Positions 12,192-24,222 of a stretch of 64,000 nucleotides of DNA are shown here, one piece after another. The stretch lies in the NCBI GenBank assembly GCA_951804945.1, contig OX638152.1, positions 32,178,001 to 32,242,000 of the forward strand, in the 5' to 3' direction. Origin of the DNA: Podarcis cretensis (lineage: Eukaryota). The position numbers and the translations under genes are program-made. Within the stretch, counting starts at the first letter, position 1, and every line of letters starts with the position of its first letter. The notes beneath the pieces were generated by a model. That model saw nothing but the letters and a program-made list of their open reading frames with translations, did no database searches and had not been told where the DNA came from.

Positions 12192-14519
12192 TAATCTAAG
12201 TCCCCACCCCCTATTCTAGATAATGGATCTTGAAATGGGTTCTGTGTGTTTGCATTTGAAACCTCCACACCAATTTTACTTCAGCAAAATTTTATTCTCT
12301 TAAGTTTACATACAAGTTTGGATGTGCAGGGCCAACCTGTCAGTTAGCTACACTGAGACCTTTGTGTCAGATAGCAAATCAGGAAAGTGGTGAATTTCCA
12401 TGTTTCCCTTGCCTGCTAGGAGTGCTGCCACTGCAGTAAAGTGGTCGGCTGCATTCCCACAGTGATGGCAGGCATTCAGAGCTGGGTGGCACTGGAGAAC
12501 CCCTGCAATGCTGCCGCTTTACTGCAGCTGCTGTTTGGGACCACCTCACTCACAATGCCTCACTCTGAAGAATGACCCTACATTCCCTAGAGACCTTTGC
12601 CAGAGTGTGGCATTGCCATTGAGAACCTTGGTACACCCAGTAAAAACAGGAGGGGGAAGGAGGAAATTGGTGTTGGTGGGTGGCATGTGTGGGCAGTGCA
12701 GGTGGAAGAAAATCTCGCACCAGCTCAGGGACAAAATACTGCCCATAATCAGTGAATTCCATAGTTCTTTGAGGTTTAAAACCTCTTCTTTATTGGAGTC
12801 CACCACTGAATACAAACAGTGAATAAAACATGTTGAAAAGACTTATTTTGTTGATCCCTCTTCCCCAAAATCTAGGGCATAAAACTCAGGTATATGTGCA
12901 CATGCTTGGTTAACCTGACAAGGGGGGCGGATTTGAAAAGAGGCATAATTTATGTTGGACAAATGCATTTCTGGAAGTCTGTGTGATTTGATTCACAGTG
13001 GCATTTTGGGGAGTTGCAGAAACAAGTCCTTCCGTGTATGACATAAGTGGCATTGTCTCCTTCTCCGCAGGGCTAGCTTCATGGGGTCCCAAGGCAATAG
13101 CTGAGCGCACTGACCATATGGAGCACTGGAGACATTATTTGGAGTGTGCTTGTACAGACCTACTCACTTTAACCATATCCGGCATTCAGATTATTCCAGC
13201 ATTGCTCATGAAGAAGTGGCTGTCTCAGAAGCCAGAAGCCTCCTTGCCCATTCTATTTTCACATTTTTTATTGATGAAAAGGAGTGGGGGGAGGATATCA
13301 CACAGAAGAAATAAGAGTGTGGGCAATGGAATTAAGCATGCACTGTAGATCTTGGCACAAATAAGAGAACAGGTTTTGGAACGTTATAGCACGTACATTC
13401 ATTTTTATAAAAATTATTTGTTTTTTCACAGAGCATCCAAGAAACAATATATTTCTTTTACTTTTAGAGAACAACAACTGGGAGACCCAGTGTGTGCAGC
13501 CAATATCACAGTTATAAATTCCAGCAATGGAGAGCGAATGCAAAGTATTTGCCTAGTGAACAGAATGCTTTGCTTAGACTGCAAAGATAGGCAGCGAGTT
13601 CAAGTCCCAGTGGGGGTTCTGCTTTTATTAGAAATACTTCATATCTTTTATTCACTGTGTCAAATGGATTGCCACACTTTCAGCACTTAATTATCTTTAT
13701 CTTCCAAAAAAATGCACTGTCTTTAATGAAAATAGTTAAATAACTCTCATTGTTCAAGGCAAAGCCTTAATAAGAGGAGGCAATCCTGTCAAGAGCTGAG
13801 TGCCCTGCACTCCCAGTCAGATGCAAGGCAGCTTGAAACCACCAGCATCCCAGTGGTAGGGTTCAGGATATCCTAGCTATGTTGCAGTGCTGGACTTGGA
13901 CACTGACAGTCAGCACTACAACCTCTAGTTCCCCTAGTATTTGCTGCAACTGTAGGCTGGCTGAAAAGGGAAGAGAAGCCAGAGTGTGACCAGAGAATCC
14001 TTCTCCCTTCCAGATCCAGATGTGAAAATATTTATTGCCTGTCACCTAAAGATAAGAAACAAAGGCATCAAATGAGCCTCCCTGTTAAGTCCACTGGAGG
14101 AAGATCAGATTTGCATGAGAATCTGTTCCCTCTTGTACAGATGAAGTGAACCTTTATCCCTGTGTAACCTTTGGCACTTCACATATTGCTGAACTACAAC
14201 TCCCATCAGAAACCTTGCTCTAAAAGAATGCACATGTAGTCTGGGCATGCTCCTAGATCTAATCATTATCATTGGAGGCACAAGTAGCTTCCTCAGTGAG
14301 GAGTTCTATTTACCAGCTTTGCTCAATGCCCCAACTAAGGTGGAATAACCTGGTTCTCAAGACCCACTTATTTATCAAAGCATTTGTATGGTTCCTGTTT
14401 CTCAATCTGTTTTAATGTGTATTTACTGTTTTATCCCCCTCTCCACCCCTGAGTTTATTATGCACCTGTTTATTTTATTTATTCATTTATTGGATTTTTA
14501 TAGTATAGGACTTTTTCAT

Positions 14520-14835
14520 TTGGGGGCATGATAGAGGTGTATAGAATTATGCATCGTGTGAAGAAAGTGTACAGAAATATGGTTTTCACCCCCCTCAAAA
14601 TAGTTGAATGGTAAGTGATTCAGCACAGACAAAAAGAGCAGCTTCCTCACAATTTGCTACATTAAGATGTATCCCTGTGCACCAGCTGCTGGGGAAACAT
14701 GAGATTGACAGTGCTGCTGACCTCATGTCTTGCTTGTGGACTTCCCATAAGTGACTAATTGGCCACTGTGATAACAGAATGGTGGACCAGATGGGCCTTT
14801 GTTCTGATTTAGCAGAGGTCTTTCTATATTCTTAA
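14520..14835 (+). mobile_element. CR1 LINE 3' fragment with internal deletions
   Basis: GGGGGCATGATAGAGGTGTATAGAATTATGCAT (GMIEVYRIMH, like CR1 GDMIEVYKIMH), then the 3' UTR shared with 278-495. Confidence 0.75.
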
Positions 14836-15965
14836 GATAGTGTTGTTAGTTGGCCTTAAACAGCATAAGGTCAAATAAGTGAGGGCATTTTATCTGAGGT
14901 TGGTTGTGTGTTCAAACCTTCACATCACAGCAATGCATATTCATGGAACTTCATCAACTTACTCTCATTCTAGAATGAAAAATATGGGACTCCCAGCAGT
15001 CAAAAGCCTATATATCTATTTGTTTCTACAAGTTAATGCCACTGTATTAAGGAAGGATTAATATACAGTTAGGTATAAATGGGTGAGCATGTTTTTTAAG
15101 CATTCTAAGGACTCTATGGAATATTCTATTCTGTTGCAAAGTGGGCATGAATGGAGGAATAACCCAGTAATGAAAGGGTTTATTGGGTAAATAAAAGAAG
15201 AATTATACCTTTTACGCTCCATCTTAAGGATTTTTTATTCAGTCCTGCAATTTTTAGTGTTTCTCTTGCAATGATGGAACAATGGGGGAACCCTCCTGTG
15301 ACTAATTTAACACCTGTAATTTATCCTAGACAGGAAGCAAAAGATTGCATAGTCTAATGGGTGAAGCGTGTGTGCCCTAATCGGTAAACACAATGAATTC
15401 AAATTCTGTTGGCGATCCTTGTCTTTCGCTGCAGTTTCTGCTAATTTGTTTCCATCTGTGAGGTGATAAATTAATTTCTACCAATTTTCTACAGCTAAGG
15501 TAGAGGTAAAGAAACTGTATAATTGAAATATTTCATGTCATCTCTAAATTATTACAGATCCAGAGGGGTTCTAGGAAGCTAGATAAGAGAGGCAGTATCC
15601 AAAAACTGTTAAAAATGGCCCCATGTAGATTTCTGTAATGCATGTTCTTAAGAATCCTGTAGATTAATTTCATTATTAAAGTGACAGAACTTGAGGTTTG
15701 GCGCTGTTAGTCATCCACAATTTTTCATTCCACTCTCCAGAAAAGTAACTGGGAGAGGCACAACTCTTGAAATTGCTTCACAAGTGCCAATTCTAAGGAC
15801 AATGAGAGTGTTCTGACAGTCATGGGATAATAATCCTTAATGTTAGCCAATCCAAAATATTTGGATGTAATTAACATTTATTTCTGCTAATGCTATTGGA
15901 AGAATTACCATTCATGTAAGGTTGATATGGGTAGAAATTAGTGTAGAATGTGACATGTATGACTT

Positions 15966-15989
15966 CACACACACACACACACACACACA
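15966..15989. repeat. (CA)n microsatellite
   Basis: Seen directly. Confidence 0.95.
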
Positions 15990-16329
15990 ATTAGTATAAC
16001 ACATCAGTGCTGCAAACATTTTCTAAAAAGAGTTCTTAATTAAGGCAGGAGTTTTAATTTAAAAAATTGTGTAACTTCACTAAGTGGATGAGAGAGCTTA
16101 TGGTAAGAGACAGAACATGTAACATTGAAGCAAAAGAATTGGTGGCTAATTTGAATGTCTAATGTAACCTTGTAGCAAGAAATACCAGTTAGTAGTTTGT
16201 TTCCATACTTGCATGAGGCAACAAATTGAACTTTGTCTGTAATGATTGTTGCTGTATTCATAATGTTCGTGACTTTCATCTGTAATTTGGATAAAAACTA
16301 CTTGGATCTCAGGTTTTCAAATGCCAGGA

Positions 16330-16680
16330 GGCTGGGAAAGAGTATTGACATTTCAGAAGGGGGAAGACTGGAATTCATAAATATCTTGATAAGTTGGAGC
16401 TAAGTGGGGTAAATTTTCACCAGAGACAAATGGAGTGTGCTGCATATAGTACAGGAAAGCCAAATTTACAAATATATAGCAGAGGAGCATAGCTGCTGAG
16501 AAAGATCAGTCAGTCAGCAGATACGTATAAAGGATCATAAGAAAATACAAGTCAATAGAGTATCTGGTTCAATACTGGAAGTCAGTTTAGAGGAGGAAAG
16601 ACCGTGAACAGCATTTGAGTATATTAATGAATCAAATGCTTTAGAAATAGTGTATACCATTTGGGTCTCTCAGTCAAGGG
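16330..16680 (+). mobile_element. Old CR1 ORF2 remnant
   Basis: Degenerate pieces resembling DLDKLE, KCKVLH and EKDL (TATCTTGATAAGTTGGAG; AAATGGAGTGTGCTGCAT; GAGAAAGATC). Confidence 0.55.
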
Positions 16681-18019
16681 CAGTATACTTAGAAAGTTAT
16701 GATGTTGTCTTTTGTGCTCATTAAGGAGTTGTACAGAAGAAAAGAATAACTGGAACTACAGGAATCATTATTTAAAAGTTGGGCAGTGGAGGACAATAGC
16801 TATAGTATTCTAACTCTACGTTTATAGCCATGTTGAAAATGAACCTGTACCAGCTATGATTTAAAGTAAGGTGGAATAAAGGTGTTAGTCTAACTCTTGC
16901 AGTTTTGGAGGACCTTAAAGATTAGTGTCCATTCCATTAGATGCATGTGTTTTCCTCAGTTGACAGGAATATACAGTTGTAAAGAAAAACTAAGGAGAAA
17001 GGAGTCAAGTGGCAATGAAATGCAAATGCACAGACTGTGAAAATTCAATTAAATCTGGATCTGAAAACCTATGGCCCATGGGAGGGTGTCTCAGGGATCA
17101 TAGGAAACATTGACATCCCCTGTACATCACTGGAGAGCGGGTTGTGATGTCAGGGAGTAAGCTTCTTCCTGCCCCTGTGGAAACACCCTGGCCCAGTTCT
17201 GCAACAGTAGTGAGGTCAACATTACGGGGAGGGGGTGTTACTGGGGATCTGTCAATGGAGGATCAGGAAACAGCTTGGATCTGAAGTATACAAAGCCATC
17301 TCAGCCACCTGACACGCTCCAAAACTGATTTTGACTAGCTCAAAAGGCAATCTAAGATTCTCCCTCTAATTTCCCTTTCATTGTTTATCTTTAGTCCACT
17401 CTCCACCCCTTGAGATTGCAAACCTAAATGCATGCATGTAAAAGAAGTCCAATGACCATTCATAATAGCACCAATTGTTGGTAAAACAATCACCCTCTTA
17501 TTGCTAAGTTAGTTGACACATTTTGGCTCATAATTTTCTTTCTAGAAAGCATGTCAGAAGAATGTTTTCAACCTGACATAAAATGTCATAAAGGATGATG
17601 ACATTCTAGTCCTCTGAGACAGGGAATTCCATAATCAGGGCATAGTTAAGGAATATATCCTATTCTGAGCTCCTTCACAGCCAACAGGATTGGGGAACCT
17701 ATAAAAGAGGCCTATAAATGCATGGAAGTCTGAAGTGGGTACAGTGGGAACAATTGCCTAACCAATGTGTTCAATTAATGTCTCAACAGGAGGGGGTCCA
17801 GTGTTTGCCACACAGTGAGACTGTGGCTGGATCCAGGGATAAACTCCTTGCCCTGGATAGATGGGGGAGGGGATGGCCATTTGACATTGCCCTCCCCTGG
17901 CCATGCTGAACCCATTGTTTGGGTGGGCCTTGCCTGCAAGCCTATTGGGGCATGGGCATGGGGGCTGTGCCCTGCCCACCCTTGGGGACCAATGCAGAAT
18001 TTACCTCCCACTCACCCAG

Positions 18020-18505
18020 ACTGTTAGGGGCCCCCTCAATGGGGGAGTGGGCAAGTTGATATAAGGACCTTGCTGTGCTTAATCAGTTGCTGTATTTCTC
18101 CTGCAAGCAAATTGGCCAGTGTGAAGGTTTTTACCTACCTCATAGCAACTGTCACAACTTTGATGGGTAAGGAATTGGGCTGGATCCTTCATCATGCAGG
18201 TACCCAGTTAAAGGAATCCAAGAGGGGTGACTCGGTCTGGGAGTCCACACTCGTAGACCAACGGGCCAAAACACCTGCAAATGGCAGGTCCATACGGGGT
18301 CGTGGCACCTAATCCATTTTTTGGGTGACTCCCGAGCACACAGTTGATCCACTAGGTTCCTATCAGCCAGCATGTAGGCATCCTGATGCCAGATACAATT
18401 TGGCCAATGACTTAGCCAAACCTACTCTTACCTGTAATCAATAAAGGTGTGGCCTAATTCAACCCAATACCAATTCTTGTGTTCATTTCCTCAGTCTTCC
18501 TCACA
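18020..18505 (+). mobile_element. LTR-like dispersed repeat, copy A (may extend left to about 17700)
   Basis: Shares CCTACCTCA(T/C)AGCAA..GTCACAACTTT..ATTGGGCTGGATC and CAATAAA..GTGGCCT with the reverse complement of 40900-41440; AATAAA at 18440. Confidence 0.55.
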
Positions 18506-20683
18506 TCAGCTGCAGACTTTATGCCTCTGAGGTGGCAAGGAATCATCTGCATGATGTTCTAAATCATTATGAACCAAAAATTCATGTCAATATGCTTGTG
18601 AAATGAAATAGCTTTCAGAAAACTGCAGGAAAATCCTGGTATTATTTTGATAAGTGAGTGTTTTAGTGAATGAAAGTGAGTGAAAGTGTAGCCAGGATTT
18701 GTTTAACCTATGAGGGCCCTGTGTGTGACTCCCAACATTCCATTTTCCAAGACCTGGAAACTGTTTCTTTAGCTTCTAATTTTGCATTACAGGAAGGAAC
18801 AAATCATTGCATCCCAATGGAGGTGGGATGCTGTGTTCCAAAGCTGAAATGACTTAATGAGAACCTCATTAAAGAGAGCCAGTGATGACAGTGGCAGCAG
18901 GTTTATATGCACACTTAATAAGTTACCTGGATTTATTATTTCTAAAATGAAGACTATCAGGTGTGTCTGAGAGTCATGCTCAGTGACCTGTAAGCCCTTC
19001 CCCTAATTCTACATGTGATTGCACTTAAGCTACTTCTGTGCTCTGTTCAGCACTTTGTACAAGCTAGGCCCTGGGTAAATGCTTTTGCACAAATGCAAAC
19101 GTAAGGTAGGACATTCTGTTATTTTTATTCCTGCTGTTAAATATGAGTGTTTGAAATGAAACCAAGATGTGCCTTGGATCTGCATATATGGAGGACAGAG
19201 ACATCAGGCCGGCCAGTACTATGGAAAAAAGGAAGCAGAAGACATTGAAGGGGGAAAGCCTATGAAAAAAGCAACAACCAAGAGCAGTGTCTCTTAAGTA
19301 TCTCTTAAGATATGCTGGGTGATTGTGCTTGTCTGCACAGACAGTCATTTCAGACAACTAATCTGTAGGTAGGGATCTGGCACTAGGATGCTTGGCTTGA
19401 TTCACAATATGTCCTTGCTGCTGTTATACTCCTGTCTTTCTTGGCCAAGTGTAAGAGAGGCCAAAAGCCATCCCCACTCATAAAACAGAGTTTCTGCTGT
19501 GTCTTCATTTCTCCCAGATAGATCAATCCACTCTGTCCTGACCAATTTGCTCTGCTGTCGGATTGCTGCCGCCCATGTCCTTGTTGCTGCTTTGCAGGAT
19601 TAAAAATTAAACTGTGTTAGATGAGAGCAGCCGGGATTCTTGCTTTGGTTTATTGACAGAGTCTATTGACATCCCTCCTGTCCTTCTGCCTCCTCATCTG
19701 AGCCAAGGACAGAATGTAAAAGTAGGTCAGTTCAACGAGAGTCCTGGGCTGTCTTGTCCTTCAGTGACACAGATGTTCTTGGAAGGCTTATTTATCTCCT
19801 TGAAATGCACACAAAGTCATGCATGGATTTGTGAATATGTGTCACAATCCATGCATGACTTTATACATGCAGTAAATGAAGACTTGCAGCCCTTTATGGT
19901 TTCCAAGATGCTGAGGACACGTCAGCCCAACTAAGAAATACTCTCTATTTGCCTTTGAACAGTCTGAACCACTGAACTCACCACAACCAACACAGCAAAG
20001 AAACATTGCCAGCAGTTAAGAGTGCTTTAGAAGCGGAATGGGATGGGAGTAGTATGCTTAGCATAATCCATTGGTGGCCATAAGCCTTGGTGGCCATATA
20101 TGTGCATGATGTTGCAATGGAATGTGTGTGGTTTGACAAAATATGGACATGCATCATAAAGCCAAATTGCGCACATCCAGATGTGTCATTAGCACATGTC
20201 AAGTGACAGAGCAAAATGATCCTGTGATCATTTCATTATTATAAAGCTATCATTCTAAAAGTTGCAGCTGAGCAGGATATGATGATATAAAGTATAAAGC
20301 AAAGCTCTGGCACTTTTACAGTCATACCATGAAACCTTTTTAAAAAGTTGTTGGCCTCAAGCTGCTTCAGCAGATGTGAAGATCTATCACTGTGTATTAT
20401 CACTGCTACAATATCTTTCCATATGTGGCTGGACACAAAGAGGCTGCAGCTTAAGTAAAATCCACACAAGTAATTTTCTGATTCTTGTGAAGACATTTCC
20501 CTACTTTCTTTTTCAACATTTGGTAGTTTGAGGTGAAATAGAGTCTTGGAAAGGGCTTTGGGTGGGCAGCTACTTTGCTTTAAACAAGCCTTGGGAAAAC
20601 AACTCGTGTGCATTTTGAATGGGGAACTGAAAGCAGAATAGACCCTCTATACTTTTTATTTTTTATTTTTTTAAATTTGTATA

Positions 20684-20910
20684 CAGTGGTACCTCGGGTT
20701 ACATACACTTCAGGTTACACACTCATGCTAACCCAGAAATAATGCTTCAGGTTAAGAATTTTGCTTCAGGATAAGAACAGAAATTGTGCTCCGGCAGCGC
20801 GGTGGCAGCAGGAGGCCCCATTAGCTAAAGTGGTGCTTCAGGTTAAGAACAGTTTCAGGTTAAGTACGGACCTCCGGAACGAATTAAGTACTTAACCCGA
20901 AGTACCACTG
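20684..20910 (+). mobile_element. Tc1/mariner MITE, copy 3
   Basis: TIRs with TA flanks; sits in a T-rich, retroposon-tail-like sequence. Confidence 0.9.
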
Positions 20911-22815
20911 TACTGCCCTATACCCATAGATCTCAGGACGGTTCACATCATAAAAAAATCACACATCATGTGACCATGCTCCATGTAATCAGTGAATTAT
21001 AGGAAAGTTAGACATGTAACCGACCCCATGGTAAGGAGTTGCTGAATAGAAGCCTAGTGGTGTTATAATAAGGAACATAGCAATGTTCTTATGCCTCAGC
21101 TGAGCAGTGGGAGAATAGCTGCAATAACAATTGGCTTGGATCGGGCAGCTCGGCACTCTGAATTATATACACAAACTCACCCTCACTTTCATGGACAGCT
21201 ATTGTCTAATTCTCCCATCTGTAATGTGGCTGTTATCAAGCTTAACCAGCCAGTGAACCTCAAATCTGAGTCAAACCACCTGTGTTCTTGTTTTTACTTC
21301 GTTTGCCTGCTGTTTTGGCAGAGGTGACAGCAAGTCAGCAAAATGGAGTATCAAAATATGCTTACAGGCAATGATGGATACAAATCAATAGAAGTAAGAA
21401 AATGAAGGTCACATGCCACTAGCACACATGGTGCTTCTTTGGGGCCTGTGTCCCAACCTTTTAATGAATATGAGATGTGCATGTCAAGAACAGCAAGAGA
21501 TCCAGAGGCATGAGTTTTGGCACAGTTTCCAGTTTTGCAACATTTCGGTCCTTTGGCTTTCTTGCTTGTAGATCACCTAATCTGAATGTGTTGTGATGTG
21601 ACTATAAAAATACCCGCCTCCCCACCTTCCGTGAGTGTTGGAATTTGATGATCTCAAAAAGTCCTTGGTGTGTGTGTGCATGTGTGGTGTGTGTAGGAAT
21701 AAAGGAGCAGAACAGTTTTGAGTAGATAAAGATGTTTTACATGATTTACAGCCTGACCTTAAGATGTTCTTGGCTGTGCATCTGAAAGAAACAGAAGCAG
21801 AAACTTCCAGATGGGCTGAGGTTTTCTTTTTCTTATCAGAAGGGTTAAAATAAATGCTATTTTCCTGCTGCCCTTTTTTCCTCAGCCTCATTGCTGATAA
21901 AAGGAAGATTTTTTTTCCCCTATCAGATTGCACAATAGGGAAGCCTGCAGAGACCAAGCATTCTCTCCTCCAATGCACGCCGTCACATAATAGAGGGCTG
22001 CACACGACGGGGAAGGAAATAGATTGGGGAGCAGGATAGGGTCTGAGTGACCTCCATTGCTTTAATGTCCAAATTGCATTGTAATTGCCCTGGTCCAGCC
22101 ATGTTGCAGGGTAAATAGGGGCTGGGGGGGGGGTGAAGCGTGGATTACGTTGCATTCTGGGTGAAAGCTACAGATTTGACTTCCTTGTCCATAAATTATC
22201 TCAGGGACAGCCAACATAGTGTCCTTCAGTTATTACTGGACTTCAACTCCCATCAATGCTATTATTCACAATACTGGCTGGGTCTGATAGGAGCTCAAGA
22301 ACAACAATATCTGGGTGACCCCCCTGGGTTAGCTGGTGTGGACAAACCAAGTGGATCCTACACAGTTGGGAAAGAAGATTTACCAGGCTGTATGGCCAGT
22401 GGTATGTCAGCGTAGCCTATGCAATGTTGCCCCAGGCACTCACACACAGAATAGATGACTGTGTGCTTACTCATTCTTTCTTCAGTGTAGATGTGTATGC
22501 ACAGCCACCCCTGATATCTGTGGTGCTATGTGTGGTTGCCCAGCCCACACATTTACTAGGGTGTGGGTGTGTATGTGTTCAGTGATCTTGGAACCCAGGC
22601 CATATATTTCATTCCTACTTCTGCTGCTCCTTCCTTTGTTTTTCAGTAAAGGCATTTTCCCACCCAGGTGACATATCCCTATATAATGTTTAAATATGGA
22701 GGCACATATCAGACCTGCCTGGTGAGTTTCTAAGTCAGGGCACAGAGACGCTGGGTAATAGCAAAAGAAATAAGAAACACAAAAACTGACTACTTTCTTA
22801 GTTTTACCTCAAGAG

Positions 22816-23067
22816 CAGGGGTCAGCAAACTTTTTCAGCAGGGGGTTGGTTCACTGTCTCTGAGACCTTGTGGGGAGCCTTACTATATTTTGGAAAAAAA
22901 ATAATGAACAAATTCCTACGCCCCACAAATAACCCAGAGATGCATTTTAAATAAAAGCACACATTCTACTCATGTAAAAACACGTTGATTCCCAGACCGT
23001 CCACGGGCTGAATTTAGAAGGTGATTGGTCCGGATCCGGCCCCCGGGCCTTAGTTTGCCTATCCATG
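22816..23067. mobile_element. hAT (Charlie-like) non-autonomous element
   Basis: Ends CAGGGGTCAGCAAACT / AGTTTGCCTATCCATG; 8-bp flanks CTCAAGAG / CTCTAGAG. Confidence 0.85.
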
Positions 23068-23075
23068 CTCTAGAG

Positions 23076-23213
23076 CAGCGGTTCTCAACCTGTGGGTCCC
23101 CAGATGTTGTTGGACTACAACTCCCATTATCCCTAGCTAGCAAGGCCAGAGCTCAGGGATGATGGGAGTTGAAGTCCAACAATATCTGGGGACCCACAGG
23201 TTGAGAACAGCTA
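23076..23213. mobile_element. Palindromic hAT MITE
   Basis: The two halves are near-perfect reverse complements (GTTCTCAACCTGTGGGTCCCCAGAT / ATCTGGGGACCCACAGGTTGAGAAC); TCTAGAG on both sides. Confidence 0.9.
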
Positions 23214-23220
23214 TCTAGAG

Positions 23221-23352
23221 CAAGGGGAGCCAATGTAGTGCCCTCCAGATGTTGCTGGATTTCAATTTCTATCAGCCTTAGCTGGCATGGCCAATGGTCA
23301 TGAGAGTTGTAGTGCACCACTCTGTGAGGATGCATCATTCTGGTGACCCCTG
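23221..23352. mobile_element. Older palindromic hAT MITE
   Basis: CAAGGGGAGCCAA...TGGTGACCCCTG with internal CCAGATGTTG and GAGTTGTAGT of the same family; followed by CTGTTGAG. Confidence 0.75.
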
Positions 23353-23621
23353 CTGTTGAGTCTGATCCATATTTATCATCATATTTTGACTCCAACATTA
23401 CTGGTTCAATTTGCAAGAAGATACGGCAGATAAAGTTTTAAACTTACCATGGTTACTGAAACCAAACATGGGATATGTGATTGGATTGTGCTTTTGTAAA
23501 TACACATAATTCCTAACAGGCACAGAGAGTTCTAAACTTGATTTGAACAGTGAGATTGTTATGTAGGGCGCTGGGTAACTTTTACTCGTGGCATTTTGCT
23601 AATACAAATTTCACTACCAAA

Positions 23622-24020
23622 TAGGAATGTGGAGATATTTGGTTCACTTTGCAATTATAGATGTACCTACCTGATCTGCACTTTCAAAAAGAATAACCAA
23701 ACCAAACCACATCAAAATTCACACTGAATTTTGCAATGAAGTTCTCCTGCCATGTATGCAAAAAAATGCACATGCTAAGATAAGGTGTACACAAAAGTAG
23801 CATTCAAAGGCGCATTGCATAAGAATATGCATAGGCAATTCCACATAGGCAAAGTTGCATACAAATATATGCATATTAGGAGAAAGTCACACTAAAATCC
23901 TGCTGAATTTTCATGAATTATTATTATTATTATCTTAATCACAAATGATTTGGAAATGTGGAGAACTGATGGAAGAGTAGGAAAATGAGACACTGTAATT
24001 GACAGATTCACCCATCCCTA
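23622..24020. mobile_element. hAT (Ac-type TAGGGATG termini) non-autonomous element
   Basis: Starts TAGGAATG and ends CATCCCTA; 8-bp flanks CTACCAAA / CTCCCAAA match 7/8. Related AT-rich sequences near 44760-45125 and 55238-55570. Confidence 0.7.
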
Positions 24021-24188
24021 CTCCCAAACTGTTGTTTCACCAGGCCGGGCACACATGCAAAGGTGCATCAACTTCAGCTTCATAAAGAGCTACTATAAGC
24101 TTCAAGTGATGGCTAAGAACTCCTCTCTACCCTACTATCATTGCCTCGGTCATATTTTGAGTCCCCTGCCTTGTTTCAAAGCAAAAGA

Positions 24189-24192
<4 letters not shown>

Positions 24193-24220
<28 letters not shown>
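24193..24220. repeat. (AG)n microsatellite
   Basis: Seen directly. Confidence 0.95.

Positions 24221-24222
<2 letters not shown>

Noticed and set aside
22076-22089. TGCATTGTAATTGC resembling miR-33; also TTGCATAGTC resembling miR-153 near 15345
   Set aside because: Only partial matches, with no complementary arm to form a precursor hairpin.
21577-22155. 192-aa minus-strand ORF
   Set aside because: Runs through low-complexity tracts; no recognisable protein.
22808-23360. CRISPR-like repeat/spacer array
   Set aside because: The repeats are 8-bp TSDs, the inserts are TIR elements, the context is eukaryotic and there are no cas genes.
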